A stretch of 64,000 nt of DNA from Escherichia phage BAU.Micro_ELP-22: the sequence record OR699282.2; one strand, given 5' to 3'. Both the position numbers and the translations under genes were made by a program. Position 1 is the stretch's first letter, and each line of letters begins with the position of its first letter. Below are positions 35,017-46,492 of the stretch, piece by piece. The notes beneath the pieces were generated by a model, which was not told the origin of the DNA, made no database searches, and saw only the letters and a program-made list of their open reading frames with translations.

Positions 35017-37680
35017 ATGGCAGGAGATCTACTCTCACCTGGCGTTTCCATTTCAGTAACTGATGAAAGTATGAGTACCGCTGCTGCTCCTGGCACTGTA
35101 CCACTATTTGTAATCGCTACTGCTGAAGACAAACTTGTCCCAGGAAGCAGTGCAATAGCTGCGGGAACTACTAAAGCAAACGCTGGAAAACTACAGCTTC
35201 TAACATCACAAAAAAGCTCACTTGATACCTATGGTACACCAATTTTTCAAATGAATAACGGTTCTGTTGTTCAAGGTGATGAACTAAACGAATATGGCCT
35301 ACATGCAGTATATTCTTATCTAGGCATTACTAACCGTGCATATGTAATTCGTGCTGATATCGATCTAGCACAACTAGCACCAAGTGCTGAAGCACCAACT
35401 GGCCCAGTATCCAATGGTACTTTGTGGTTTGATACCGCACAATCACAAGTAGAAGCGTATGTAGCGAAGAAAGATAGTCCAAGCAGTTTTTATGATTGGC
35501 AACTTAAGCCAGTAACTATTGTAAGTGCTGAAGAAGTTGAAGATGTAAGTCTAGTAGGTTTAAATGTTGATGATTTAGTTCTACGTTACAAACCAAGCAA
35601 TGGTCAGATGCTAATGTATAAACGTTCTGCTTCTGGGCTAGTGCAAATGGAAACTTATCTATCACCAATTAACAAAGTTCCAGTTGGCTCAACTGTAGAA
35701 AAAGGTAACATTTGGATTCGTGATGGTTACACCCAAAATGGTTCAAACTATTTTGGTACTCGTTTTGTTATTAAACGTTATGCATCCCTAACTCAAGTTT
35801 GGAATATTGTACCAGCATATACTGGTAATTCATTCCAAGAAATTGAAGCGAAAAGTGGTGTACTAAACAATAGTTATATCGCATCTCGTTTTGATGAAGA
35901 TAGTAAGAGTTTCTCTTTCTATATTCAAAGTGCAAAACTAACAACAATTAGTGCTCCTGCTTTGCCACTTGGTGAAACTATTATTGAACAAGCAGGTGCT
36001 GATAGTTATATGACTTTTGTTTATTTGAATAAATCAGTTAAAGTACTAGCAGTTCCACAAGGCGGTGTTATTAATACCCAAACTATCATCAATAATCTAA
36101 ATGCAAATGCTGAAATTATTAACGATGGTTTTAAATTTAAACGTGAAACTAATGGTGGTTTAGTTGTTTCCAATACAAAAGGTTACAGTTTCAAAATCAC
36201 ACAAAGTGGTGATGATATTTTTGCTGAATCTGAACTACAAAAACTAACAGTAGATAGTAACAACTACTCTCTAATTAACGTGAATAACTTCCGTGTTAGT
36301 TATTCAGTACCACGTAGTGTAGCAAAAGAAGGAACTCTCTGGTATGATTTCGGGAACTCCGATAATCTAACTGTAACTATGTATGTTGCTGATGTTGCTA
36401 ATGATGAATGGGATCTAGTACAAGAAGAAAACAAATATGTACAAGTTGATGAACCAGCGGCTGACCGTTTAATTTGGGTTTGTCCTTTGTCTCAAGGCAT
36501 TGATGGTTATGATTTCTATCGTAACGTTGATGGTGAATGGGTTAAACTTGACAGTACTGATCAAAGTACACTAAATGGTATGATTTTCCAAGACTTTAAT
36601 TTCCCAAGCCAAGTTCCTGCTGCGGCATTGTATCAAAATGGTATGCTTGCAGTTGACCTAGGTAACACTGAAGGTGTTGTTAAGAAAATGGTTAATGGTC
36701 AATGGGAAGTTGTTAGTGGTGTAAGTCTTGATGGTGCTGGCCTATTTGGTCGTGCTGCACAACGTCAACTAGTAGTTGAAGCACTAGCTGCTGTTATTAT
36801 TGGTAATGATGACATTCGTTCTGAATTTATTGATTTTAACCTAATTTGTGTACCTGGTTACGTTGAAACACTTGATGAATGTGTAACTTTAAACACTGAT
36901 CGTAAAGAAACTGCATTTATTGTTACTGACGTTCCAGCACGTTTGAATCCAACTGGAAACGGTAGTGCTGTACAACAATGGGCTACTAATGCTAACAATG
37001 CACCAAGCAACGGTTCAGTTGGTCGTACAACTGCTTATGATTATGCTGCTCAGTATATGGGTTGGTGTCTAAGTACTAACGTTGATGGTGAAGAAGTTGC
37101 AGTTCCTGGTAGTACTATTGCAATGCGTACATATGCATACAGTGATAGTGTTAGTTATGTATGGTATCCACCTGCTGGTACAACTCGTGGTGTTGTAACA
37201 AACGCTGCAAGTACTGGTTTTATCAACAGCGAAGGTGAATATCAACCAGTAGTATACAACCAAGGTCAACGTGACGTTATGTATACTAACAACATTAACC
37301 CAATTGCAATGCGTCCTAACCGTGGTTTGCTTGTTTATGGAGATAAAACTCTATCTGCTAATCAAACTTCTGCACTAAGTCGTGTTAACGTTGCTCGTTT
37401 AGTTGTTTATATTCGTCGTCAACTAGAAATTATTTCCGAACCATTCCTATTCCGTTTGAATACTCCAAGTACTCGTCAGGAATTTAGTGGTGTAGTTAAT
37501 AGCTTCTTGGCTGAAATTGTTCAACAACAGGGTCTTTATAACTTCGCAGTGGTTTGTGATGAAAGTAACAACACCGCAGAGCGTATTGACCGTAATGAAC
37601 TTTGGATGGATATTGCAATTCAACCAACTAAGAGTATTAACTTCATTTACGTACCAATCCGTATCGAGAAAACTCAATAA
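35017..37680 (+). CDS. contractile tail sheath protein (T4 gp18-like), 887 aa
   Basis: N-terminal LLSPG and C-terminal YGDKT...FAVVCDESNNTAERIDRNELW...IQPTKSINFIYV match the T4 gp18 terminal domains from memory; GGAGGA RBS. Confidence 0.85.
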   Translation: MAGDLLSPGVSISVTDESMSTAAAPGTVPLFVIATAEDKLVPGSSAIAAGTTKANAGKLQLLTSQKSSLDTYGTPIFQMNNGSVVQGDELNEYGLHAVYSYLGITNRAYVIRADIDLAQLAPSAEAPTGPVSNGTLWFDTAQSQVEAYVAKKDSPSSFYDWQLKPVTIVSAEEVEDVSLVGLNVDDLVLRYKPSNGQMLMYKRSASGLVQMETYLSPINKVPVGSTVEKGNIWIRDGYTQNGSNYFGTRFVIKRYASLTQVWNIVPAYTGNSFQEIEAKSGVLNNSYIASRFDEDSKSFSFYIQSAKLTTISAPALPLGETIIEQAGADSYMTFVYLNKSVKVLAVPQGGVINTQTIINNLNANAEIINDGFKFKRETNGGLVVSNTKGYSFKITQSGDDIFAESELQKLTVDSNNYSLINVNNFRVSYSVPRSVAKEGTLWYDFGNSDNLTVTMYVADVANDEWDLVQEENKYVQVDEPAADRLIWVCPLSQGIDGYDFYRNVDGEWVKLDSTDQSTLNGMIFQDFNFPSQVPAAALYQNGMLAVDLGNTEGVVKKMVNGQWEVVSGVSLDGAGLFGRAAQRQLVVEALAAVIIGNDDIRSEFIDFNLICVPGYVETLDECVTLNTDRKETAFIVTDVPARLNPTGNGSAVQQWATNANNAPSNGSVGRTTAYDYAAQYMGWCLSTNVDGEEVAVPGSTIAMRTYAYSDSVSYVWYPPAGTTRGVVTNAASTGFINSEGEYQPVVYNQGQRDVMYTNNINPIAMRPNRGLLVYGDKTLSANQTSALSRVNVARLVVYIRRQLEIISEPFLFRLNTPSTRQEFSGVVNSFLAEIVQQQGLYNFAVVCDESNNTAERIDRNELWMDIAIQPTKSINFIYVPIRIEKTQ

Positions 37681-37686
37681 AACACT

Positions 37687-37714
37687 AAGGGAACCTTTTG
37701 GTTCCCTTTTTTAT
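37687..37714 (+). terminator. intrinsic terminator (aagggaacc-tttt-ggttccctt + TTTTTT)
   Basis: 9-bp perfect stem and T-run after the sheath gene. Confidence 0.7.
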
Positions 37715-37759
37715 TGATTAAAATTAAATACCTTTATATTGATGTTATAAAGGAACATT

Positions 37760-37885
37760 ATGGATATGGAAGAAATACTAAAAAAAACAATACAAGATGT
37801 CAGTAAAATAGTTTTAACTCAGTTGGAATCAGTACACATACTAAATATATTTTTAAAAAATTTGGAAGATTGTCGGTATAATTGA
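37760..37885 (+). CDS. small ORF (41 aa) in the sheath-tube intergenic region
   Basis: Own translation MDMEEILKKTIQDVSKIVLTQLESVHILNIFLKNLEDCRYN with AAAGGA RBS; speculative. Confidence 0.2.
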   Translation: MDMEEILKKTIQDVSKIVLTQLESVHILNIFLKNLEDCRYN

Positions 37886-38075
37886 AAAATACGAAGTATA
37901 CACAAATGGAAAATGGTCTATATCAGTAAACTATATTGACCACACTAAACGAAAAAGATACTTATATTGTGTTAATATTAATTGGTTCCCTGTTGATGAC
38001 ACTTTAGTTAATTAAAAATATACTTCCAGATAGATAAATAATATAAAGATGTCATTCCATAATAGGAGAATATAA

Positions 38076-38762
38076 ATGGCTACAATGCTTGATCGATATG
38101 GCGTACCGCTCGCTGGCGGTGGTCGTATCTCTATGAAACAACCAAAAGCAAAATACAAATTTCGTGTTATTTTCTTTGGTTTTGGTACTAATGATGATGG
38201 TAATATGATTACACTAGACACCAATACAGTTGGGGCAGTATCTGTATCACATGAAAATGTCACTGTTCATAGTTACAACAGTTCTGCACACTATAAAGGT
38301 AAGTACACTTGGGATACAATTGATGTTGCTTTCCGTGACTCAGTAGGTAATGCTTCTGCTAAAGCACTATACAACCAAATGCGTAAAGAATTCAACTACT
38401 ACAGTCAAGAATCTCGCATGACTGATTCACAATTTAAATTCGAAATGTGGATTCAAGAACTTGATGGTTCTAATAGTGAAAATACAACAAACTTGTTTGA
38501 AGGAACATTGAGTACTTGGGTATGTCAAGGTTGCTTTATTGAATCCAGCAACTTTGGTGATTGGGATTATTCCTCAAGTGAAGCACAAGTTATTTCAATG
38601 ACTGTTCAACCAGATGGTTGTGCTAAATTGGGTCCAAATGGCGAAGCGTTCGGTGATGAAGTTAGTGGCTTCGGTAATCCATCAACTGCTACCTCTATTT
38701 CTGGTGCACAAACTAATATTAGTAGTACTACTCTACCAGATAGTAACTTCTACGAAAATTAA
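38076..38762 (+). CDS. tail tube protein (gp19 family), paralog 1
   Basis: KAKYKFRVIFFGFG and YTWDTIDVAFRDSVGNASAKALYNQM fit the gp19-family pattern; AGGAGA RBS; directly downstream of the sheath. Confidence 0.6.
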   Translation: MATMLDRYGVPLAGGGRISMKQPKAKYKFRVIFFGFGTNDDGNMITLDTNTVGAVSVSHENVTVHSYNSSAHYKGKYTWDTIDVAFRDSVGNASAKALYNQMRKEFNYYSQESRMTDSQFKFEMWIQELDGSNSENTTNLFEGTLSTWVCQGCFIESSNFGDWDYSSSEAQVISMTVQPDGCAKLGPNGEAFGDEVSGFGNPSTATSISGAQTNISSTTLPDSNFYEN

Positions 38763-38783
38763 TTTTATTTAAACTTAATATAT

Positions 38784-38812
38784 AGCCTCGAATCTATTCG
38801 GGGCTTTTTTTA
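38784..38812 (+). terminator. intrinsic terminator (agcctcgaa-tcta-ttcggggct + TTTTTTT)
   Basis: 9-bp stem with one mismatch plus T7. Confidence 0.5.
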
Positions 38813-38857
38813 TGCTAAATAAAGTATAATGCCTTATAAAATAAAAAAGAGGTTGCT

Positions 38858-39634
38858 ATGGCAAATAACATGATTAATAAATATGGCGTTCCTTTACCAT
38901 CGGGGCGTAATCGTTCAATGCTACAACCGAAAGCAAAATACAAGTTTCGTGTTATTGTGTATAATTTCGGTACTGATATAGATGAACGTGATCACATCGC
39001 ATTAGATGTTGATAAAATTGATAGACCTACTGTAACATTTAGTACTCATAAACTATATCAATTTACTACTAATACTTCCTATATAGGTAGTCATGATTGG
39101 GAACCAATTACAATATCTATCCGTGATTCAGTTGGTAATGCATCAGCAAAAGCATTATCACGCCAATTACAAAAACAACTTGACTTTCAACGCAGAATAA
39201 CTTCAAGAAGTGACCAAGATTATGGTTCTTATAAATTTGGTTTGGTTATACAGATGTTGAGTGGACGTAACTCAGATGATACACTAGGAAATCTAGGAAG
39301 AGATACTCTAGTAGATGCTGCAACTGCTGCAACAAATAATTCTGGCTTAGTAAATGCAGTAGATCAATTTATTGGTGGTTCTTCATATAACAGTGCTGGT
39401 GTTATGGAATACTTTGTTTTAACCGGATGTGTTATTCAAAACATATCATACGATTCATTAGATTATAGCTCAAGTTCTCCAGTTGAAATGGTAGTGACTA
39501 TCAAACCAGATAATTGTATACAATTTGATAATATTGAAGAAATGTATAGTACCAGAATTAATTCACTTTTACCTGAAAATGTCAATCAAGGTTTAGATAT
39601 CATTGATCGTGTTTTTGGTAGTGTAGGATTTTAA
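38858..39634 (+). CDS. tail tube protein (gp19 family), paralog 2
   Basis: N-terminus MANNMINKYGVPLPSGRNRSMLQPKAKYKFRVIVYNFG and WEPITISIRDSVGNASAKAL nearly duplicate the 38076 product. Confidence 0.6.
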   Translation: MANNMINKYGVPLPSGRNRSMLQPKAKYKFRVIVYNFGTDIDERDHIALDVDKIDRPTVTFSTHKLYQFTTNTSYIGSHDWEPITISIRDSVGNASAKALSRQLQKQLDFQRRITSRSDQDYGSYKFGLVIQMLSGRNSDDTLGNLGRDTLVDAATAATNNSGLVNAVDQFIGGSSYNSAGVMEYFVLTGCVIQNISYDSLDYSSSSPVEMVVTIKPDNCIQFDNIEEMYSTRINSLLPENVNQGLDIIDRVFGSVGF

Positions 39635-39645
39635 GGAGATAATGA

Positions 39646-41753
<2,108 letters not shown>

Positions 41754-41780
41754 CTTAAACGACCTTATGGAGTTATTAAA

Positions 41781-42317
41781 ATGAATAGATTACAACAAAT
41801 CCTAACTGAAAAGAAACCAGTTTATGAATACCGAGTTAAGTTTGCAGTTGAACCAACACCTGAACAACTTAGTAAAGTAACACAGCGACTAATGGATCGC
41901 TATGATGCGTTTGAAATTGGAGCACTAAAGAAAACAATTTTTATGGAAAAACCATTAGATTTCTATGAATTAGATTGTGGTGAAATTTGGATGTTTGACT
42001 TTAAATGTCATCGTGGCGTTCAATCAAATGTACTAATGTATGAAATTGGCAATTTACTAAGCATGACAGAAGCATTGATTCGTGTTCGTAGTAAAGATGA
42101 ACCTCGTCAAATTGAAATGACTGATTTGGAAGATGATATCGATTTTGATGATGTTGATGAACCAGTTATTGGAGTGGATTTTGGCAAACCAGAAGACAGT
42201 TATGACTTAGCTGGACAACAACGTGCAGACACTGCCGTTGATGATGCAATTGAAGCATCGAAAAAAGACAATAAATACTCTCAATATATGAGTGCTGGTT
42301 TTGGTAAAAAGGATTAA
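41781..42317 (+). CDS. hypothetical acidic protein (178 aa)
   Basis: ORF with GGAG RBS; acidic C-terminal half. Confidence 0.45.
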   Translation: MNRLQQILTEKKPVYEYRVKFAVEPTPEQLSKVTQRLMDRYDAFEIGALKKTIFMEKPLDFYELDCGEIWMFDFKCHRGVQSNVLMYEIGNLLSMTEALIRVRSKDEPRQIEMTDLEDDIDFDDVDEPVIGVDFGKPEDSYDLAGQQRADTAVDDAIEASKKDNKYSQYMSAGFGKKD

Positions 42318-42320
42318 CAC

Positions 42321-42863
42321 ATGAGTATACTTAATGAAATGTTAGATTATGAAGACAATGAGTTAAATGAAGCTCGTCCTTATAGTCGTTCACAAAGTGC
42401 AGTTGATAGTGCAAAAGGAAAAGTAAAAGGCTTTTTTGGTAGTGGACAGATTGAACAAGGTGCACAAGAAGTTGGTGCTGAAGCCAACCGCTTATGGGCA
42501 GAGTTTAAACGTTATGTTGGACGTAAATATGGTAAAGCTCAACCATCAGTACCTTACGCTGATGTGGCACAGTTTTTTAAAGGTAACAATCTTGATATTA
42601 AACATTTAGGGAACAATCCTCGTCGTTCTTTTACACCAAAAGATGTAGGTACTGCTCTATTAAATGCTGCTCGTGATATAATGAATGACTACCGTGACCA
42701 ACAAGGTGGCGAAGAAAGTTCAGAATCACAACCATCACAATCGACCTCAACTGAGCAACCAGCACAACAAGAACAACCAAAAGCACAAGGTTCCAGTATC
42801 CCTGATGCTCTACAAAAATTAAGTCCAGAGCAACGCGACCAACTGTTACGTATGCTTTCTTAA
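42321..42863 (+). CDS. hypothetical protein with low-complexity Gln/Ser/Glu-rich C-terminus
   Basis: ORF; no motif. Confidence 0.45.
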   Translation: MSILNEMLDYEDNELNEARPYSRSQSAVDSAKGKVKGFFGSGQIEQGAQEVGAEANRLWAEFKRYVGRKYGKAQPSVPYADVAQFFKGNNLDIKHLGNNPRRSFTPKDVGTALLNAARDIMNDYRDQQGGEESSESQPSQSTSTEQPAQQEQPKAQGSSIPDALQKLSPEQRDQLLRMLS

Positions 42864-42876
42864 GGAGAATCAACAC

Positions 42877-44394
42877 ATGGATAATTTTTTCAGTACTGAA
42901 ACTACCACAGTTCCTAATGGATATGTATATACGTCACATACTGGTGCAAAATATGTATTTCTTGAAGGATTCTGGTTCAATGACAATAATATGTTAATGG
43001 TAGACCCTAGAAAATACCCATCCATGTACGCAAGTGCTCGACAACAGATTGTCGAGCACAATCTAGCTTCAAATGAATATAAGATTGGTAACAAATATAT
43101 TGTTGAAGGTAAAGAGTGTACATTTATTGGTGAAAACCGTTTCAATTCAAAAGATGGAATTCTATTAACTGAAAGTGAATTCATCACTGAATTAATGGCA
43201 GATGATCATCGAGTATATAATGTTTCTAAAGAAACACTACAAAAAGAATGGAATGCATTAAAATTTTACATTCTTCCACCATATGCTGATGATATATCAA
43301 TTCCAGCAGGTATGGAAGTAAGTGGTTTTAAATTTGTTCCAAAGAATCACCGTTTTGTTGATATGAAATCAGGCCGAGCAGTTGATCCAGCAATGACCCG
43401 TAAACTATCAGATGAAGGTATGCGTATTGCTCGTCAGTTAGCTTCTAAAAATAAACTAATTCCAATCAAATCAACCTTAGTACAAGGCAATACACGTTGT
43501 GAGTGGAATGGTAAAGAATTTTGTGATAATGATGGTAATGTAGTAATTCCAGAACAAAATGCACATGCAATTATTAATGCATATCAGCAATTTGTTAAGA
43601 ATAACCCAAGTGATTTTCCAACATTAACTGGTGAACAAGAACATAGTGAGCAACGTTTTGGTTCAGGTGAAAAGCCACAACAAGCTTCACAACCTGCTAA
43701 ACAGCCAGTATTTGCAACTAAAGAATCAATTAATGAAGCAGATGAAGAAATTGAAGAATTTGAAAGCATTACTGTTCCTGACGGTTATAGAATGACTTCT
43801 TCTAAAGGAAAAACATACGCTAAGAAAAATAACTTGTGGTATGATATCGAAAGTAAAAAGCAACTTAACACAAGTGCTTCTAAAAGTGTTGAACGAGCAG
43901 CACAGCGTGATATTTTCCGTCATAACAATTCCGGTGCTATGAAAATCGGTACAAAAGTTAAATCCAAACAAGGCAAAGAATATTCGTATGTTGGTGGTGA
44001 CAGATTCATTAGTGCTGATGGTAAGTTTATACCAAAAGCAACTGCTGCTAAATTACTTGCCAAATATGAACAAGATAAAGAAGTTAAAAGTGATGAAACA
44101 CCTGAAGTAGACTCTGGTACTGAGCAAATTCAATCAAAAGAAGAACCTAAGAAAGAACCAGAATCTGAACAAAAACCAGACGAAGTTTCTGAACCAGAAA
44201 CTAAATCTGAAACAATTGCTGGTGATGATGTACAATCATTAGCTTCTAAAATTAAAGAGTCACCTTATGCTAAAAAAATCACAGTACTACTAACTCGTGG
44301 TGATGAGGTTTCTCTACTTGCTGCTGACATTTTACTTTCAGGTAAAAAGGATGAAACAGTGCAAATTTTAAAATCATTAAATAATAATGATTGA
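42877..44394 (+). CDS. repeat-containing protein (505 aa)
   Basis: Internal duplication (TVPNGYVYTSHTGAKYVF vs ITVPDGYRMTSSKGKTYAK; NRFNSKDGILLTESEF vs DRFISADGKFIPKATA); Lys/Glu-rich linker. Confidence 0.5.
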   Translation: MDNFFSTETTTVPNGYVYTSHTGAKYVFLEGFWFNDNNMLMVDPRKYPSMYASARQQIVEHNLASNEYKIGNKYIVEGKECTFIGENRFNSKDGILLTESEFITELMADDHRVYNVSKETLQKEWNALKFYILPPYADDISIPAGMEVSGFKFVPKNHRFVDMKSGRAVDPAMTRKLSDEGMRIARQLASKNKLIPIKSTLVQGNTRCEWNGKEFCDNDGNVVIPEQNAHAIINAYQQFVKNNPSDFPTLTGEQEHSEQRFGSGEKPQQASQPAKQPVFATKESINEADEEIEEFESITVPDGYRMTSSKGKTYAKKNNLWYDIESKKQLNTSASKSVERAAQRDIFRHNNSGAMKIGTKVKSKQGKEYSYVGGDRFISADGKFIPKATAAKLLAKYEQDKEVKSDETPEVDSGTEQIQSKEEPKKEPESEQKPDEVSEPETKSETIAGDDVQSLASKIKESPYAKKITVLLTRGDEVSLLAADILLSGKKDETVQILKSLNNND

Positions 44395-44416
44395 TAACTA
44401 AAAGGATTTATTTAAA

Positions 44417-45397
44417 ATGGCTAAAAAAATTAATGAAGCACAAGTTAAAATCGATATCGCAGGTTTAGAATCTGATGATTTGGAAACTCTATCACGTATG
44501 TTAGCTCTTGCTGGTCAAGCTGAACGTCAAGACCCAGTAGTTGCTGCTCCAGTACCATCTATGGGGTCTATGACTCCATCTCTTCCACCTATTGCTCCAC
44601 TAGATCTCGATTCTATTGGTGCTGAAGAAGAAATTGGTGGAATTGAAACTTCAGTTGAAGACCCACTAGCAGCGGCAGTTGATGATCTTTCCGCTGATGT
44701 TGGTGATTTTGGTGCTGACACAGATGAAGTTAGTATGGATGCTGAATTTTCAGAACCAGGTGTAGAAGGTGAAGAAGATTTTTCTCTTGACCTTAGTGGT
44801 CAACCTCAACTAGAATCAGTTGAAGAAGACGATGAGGAAGAAGAGGAAATTATTGAAGAAGAATTCGATTTTAGTCGTATGCTATCCCTTGCTGGTATTA
44901 ACGAAGAAGAAGACGAAGATTTTTCCGTAGAGGGTAATCCTGCTACCGATAAAGAAATGAAAGATACCCAATTTCTACCAGATCTAAGTATCTCTGAAGA
45001 TGAAGAACCATCTAACAGTACTGATTATGGTCCATATGAAACAGAAGCTGATGCCGTTCGTGATGGTCAACTAAAGACTAATGGTGTTGAAGGTGACCAT
45101 TTTGTTGTAATTGCAAAAGGCAATCAATTTTATTGGAGACGTGTTGTAGATGAAGATCTTGACAATCGTCCAGAACCTGAGTATTATGATAATGAAGGGA
45201 ACGAAAATCGTGTTCATAAATTTGAACCAAAATTCCCAGGCACTGCATTAGGAGATAACCCACTAAATGTTAATGAAAGTGAAGAAGATGATTCACCTGA
45301 AGGTAACATTGACTTGGAAGATGATTCTGATGAAGAAGTAGAAGATATTTTTGAAAGTCTCCAAGAAAAATACAAGAAATTTTTAGGAGACAAATAA
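44417..45397 (+). CDS. highly acidic protein (326 aa) with internal repeat
   Basis: Asp/Glu runs (EEDDEEEEEIIEEEFDF) and a repeated LSRMLALAGQAERQD / FSRMLSLAGINEEED motif. Confidence 0.5.
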   Translation: MAKKINEAQVKIDIAGLESDDLETLSRMLALAGQAERQDPVVAAPVPSMGSMTPSLPPIAPLDLDSIGAEEEIGGIETSVEDPLAAAVDDLSADVGDFGADTDEVSMDAEFSEPGVEGEEDFSLDLSGQPQLESVEEDDEEEEEIIEEEFDFSRMLSLAGINEEEDEDFSVEGNPATDKEMKDTQFLPDLSISEDEEPSNSTDYGPYETEADAVRDGQLKTNGVEGDHFVVIAKGNQFYWRRVVDEDLDNRPEPEYYDNEGNENRVHKFEPKFPGTALGDNPLNVNESEEDDSPEGNIDLEDDSDEEVEDIFESLQEKYKKFLGDK

Positions 45398-45398
45398 T

Positions 45399-45794
45399 AT
45401 GCAATATAATTATCGTGAACTAGTTGAAGCGTTAGACGAAATTACCGGAAGAGATGAAGACGAAAGTTTTTCAGTTGAAGTTGAATCCGATGTTGTAGCA
45501 GTTGATGTTCTTAAGGATATTACCAAATGTCTTATTGATATTGTTGATAAGATTAAATCTGGTGAAGACCAAAAAGAAATTGTAGATAAACTACAAAAAG
45601 CCTGTGACATTTTGTCTGACATTCGATATAATGATGAAAGTACTGAAGTTGCTGATGAAGAAGTGTTGGAAGCCATTGCAGGTTGTTTTGGAACTGAAGG
45701 TATGGGACCAACAATTGACAAAGAAGGCGTACAACACTATAATGAGCCTGGTGCACCATCTTATGCTGCACGTCAAGGTTTTGTTGGAGACTAA
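45399..45794 (+). CDS. hypothetical acidic protein (131 aa)
   Basis: ORF coupled to upstream stop. Confidence 0.45.
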   Translation: MQYNYRELVEALDEITGRDEDESFSVEVESDVVAVDVLKDITKCLIDIVDKIKSGEDQKEIVDKLQKACDILSDIRYNDESTEVADEEVLEAIAGCFGTEGMGPTIDKEGVQHYNEPGAPSYAARQGFVGD

Positions 45795-45797
45795 TAT

Positions 45798-46178
45798 ATG
45801 TTTCCAGAACCATCACATAACAGTACTGAATATCAAAATAATGTACTTTCCAAAGTTAGGGAAGTACATGAATCAGATTCAGAAATAACAGACCGTATGC
45901 TTCTGATGTCAATTTTTGAAAATTTCAGAACTGGCGGTGGTTTACGTCTTAGCAAGTTTGGGTATGGAATTTGTAAAGAAAATAATCTTTATGAATTTAC
46001 AAAAATCCCCTTGCAAAGAGAATTTAAAAGTTCTATAATGTTTACATCACTTGACAGAATATGTACTTCACCTTATTATGTTGAAGGTCAGTACATATAT
46101 CTGACAGATGCAATGATAATAACTGAATTAACATTGTGTTGTGATGATTTTAAACAGTTATTTTCTATTCATATGTAA
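45798..46178 (+). CDS. hypothetical protein (126 aa)
   Basis: ORF; no motif. Confidence 0.4.
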   Translation: MFPEPSHNSTEYQNNVLSKVREVHESDSEITDRMLLMSIFENFRTGGGLRLSKFGYGICKENNLYEFTKIPLQREFKSSIMFTSLDRICTSPYYVEGQYIYLTDAMIITELTLCCDDFKQLFSIHM

Positions 46179-46201
46179 GAAAAATGAATTAAAAATAAAT
46201 G

Positions 46202-46229
46202 TTGACAAGATAGAATGATGTGATACAAT
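46202..46229 (+). promoter_or_regulatory. consensus sigma70-type promoter P1 (TTGACA-16-TGaTACAAT)
   Basis: Exact -35, 16-nt spacer, TACAAT with upstream TG. Confidence 0.55.
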
Positions 46230-46295
46230 AAGCATCAGACATAAAGTTTTCAAGCGACACAAGATGTGAGTTTGAAAAAAAAAGAAAAAAAGTGA

Positions 46296-46323
46296 TTGAC
46301 AAGTTGAAACGATGTGATATAAT
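46296..46323 (+). promoter_or_regulatory. consensus sigma70-type promoter P2 (TTGACA-16-TGaTATAAT)
   Basis: Near-duplicate of P1 (TTGACAAG...GATGTGATATAAT) 94 nt downstream. Confidence 0.55.
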
Positions 46324-46492
46324 GTTCACATCAAGACAGCAAAGAGATTTACCTTTTAAACACACGGATGATTCATGAAGTAACAAAGGAACTGATAAGT
46401 TAAATTATTTTAACACAGTTCCTTTACTTTTGCCCACGGATTGGCTATAATAGAAACTTAAACGATTTTATCCAACAAAAGGAAATATATAC

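Noticed and set aside
35017-37680. Reading the AAA+ ATPase or the sheath gene as a capsid gene because of expression-optimised codons
   Set aside because: Sheath terminal motifs and ATPase Walker motifs are unambiguous; no major capsid protein, portal or large terminase was recognised anywhere in this window.
37680-38075. Long sheath-tube intergenic region as a possible mobile element or RNA gene
   Set aside because: AT-rich with only a 41-codon ORF, a terminator and a promoter-like TATAAT; no inverted terminal repeats, transposase or stable extended hairpins seen. Kept only as a low-confidence small ORF.
45410-45888. Overlapping ORFs on both strands (45410-45721 -, 45553-45816 -, 45591-45776 -, 45604-45888 +)
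   Set aside because: Overlap the acidic 45399-45794 and 45798-46178 genes in alternative frames; no start signals.
46189-46386. Minus-strand ORF (65 aa) spanning the tandem promoter region
   Set aside because: Overlaps two consensus + strand promoters and has no RBS; considered non-coding.
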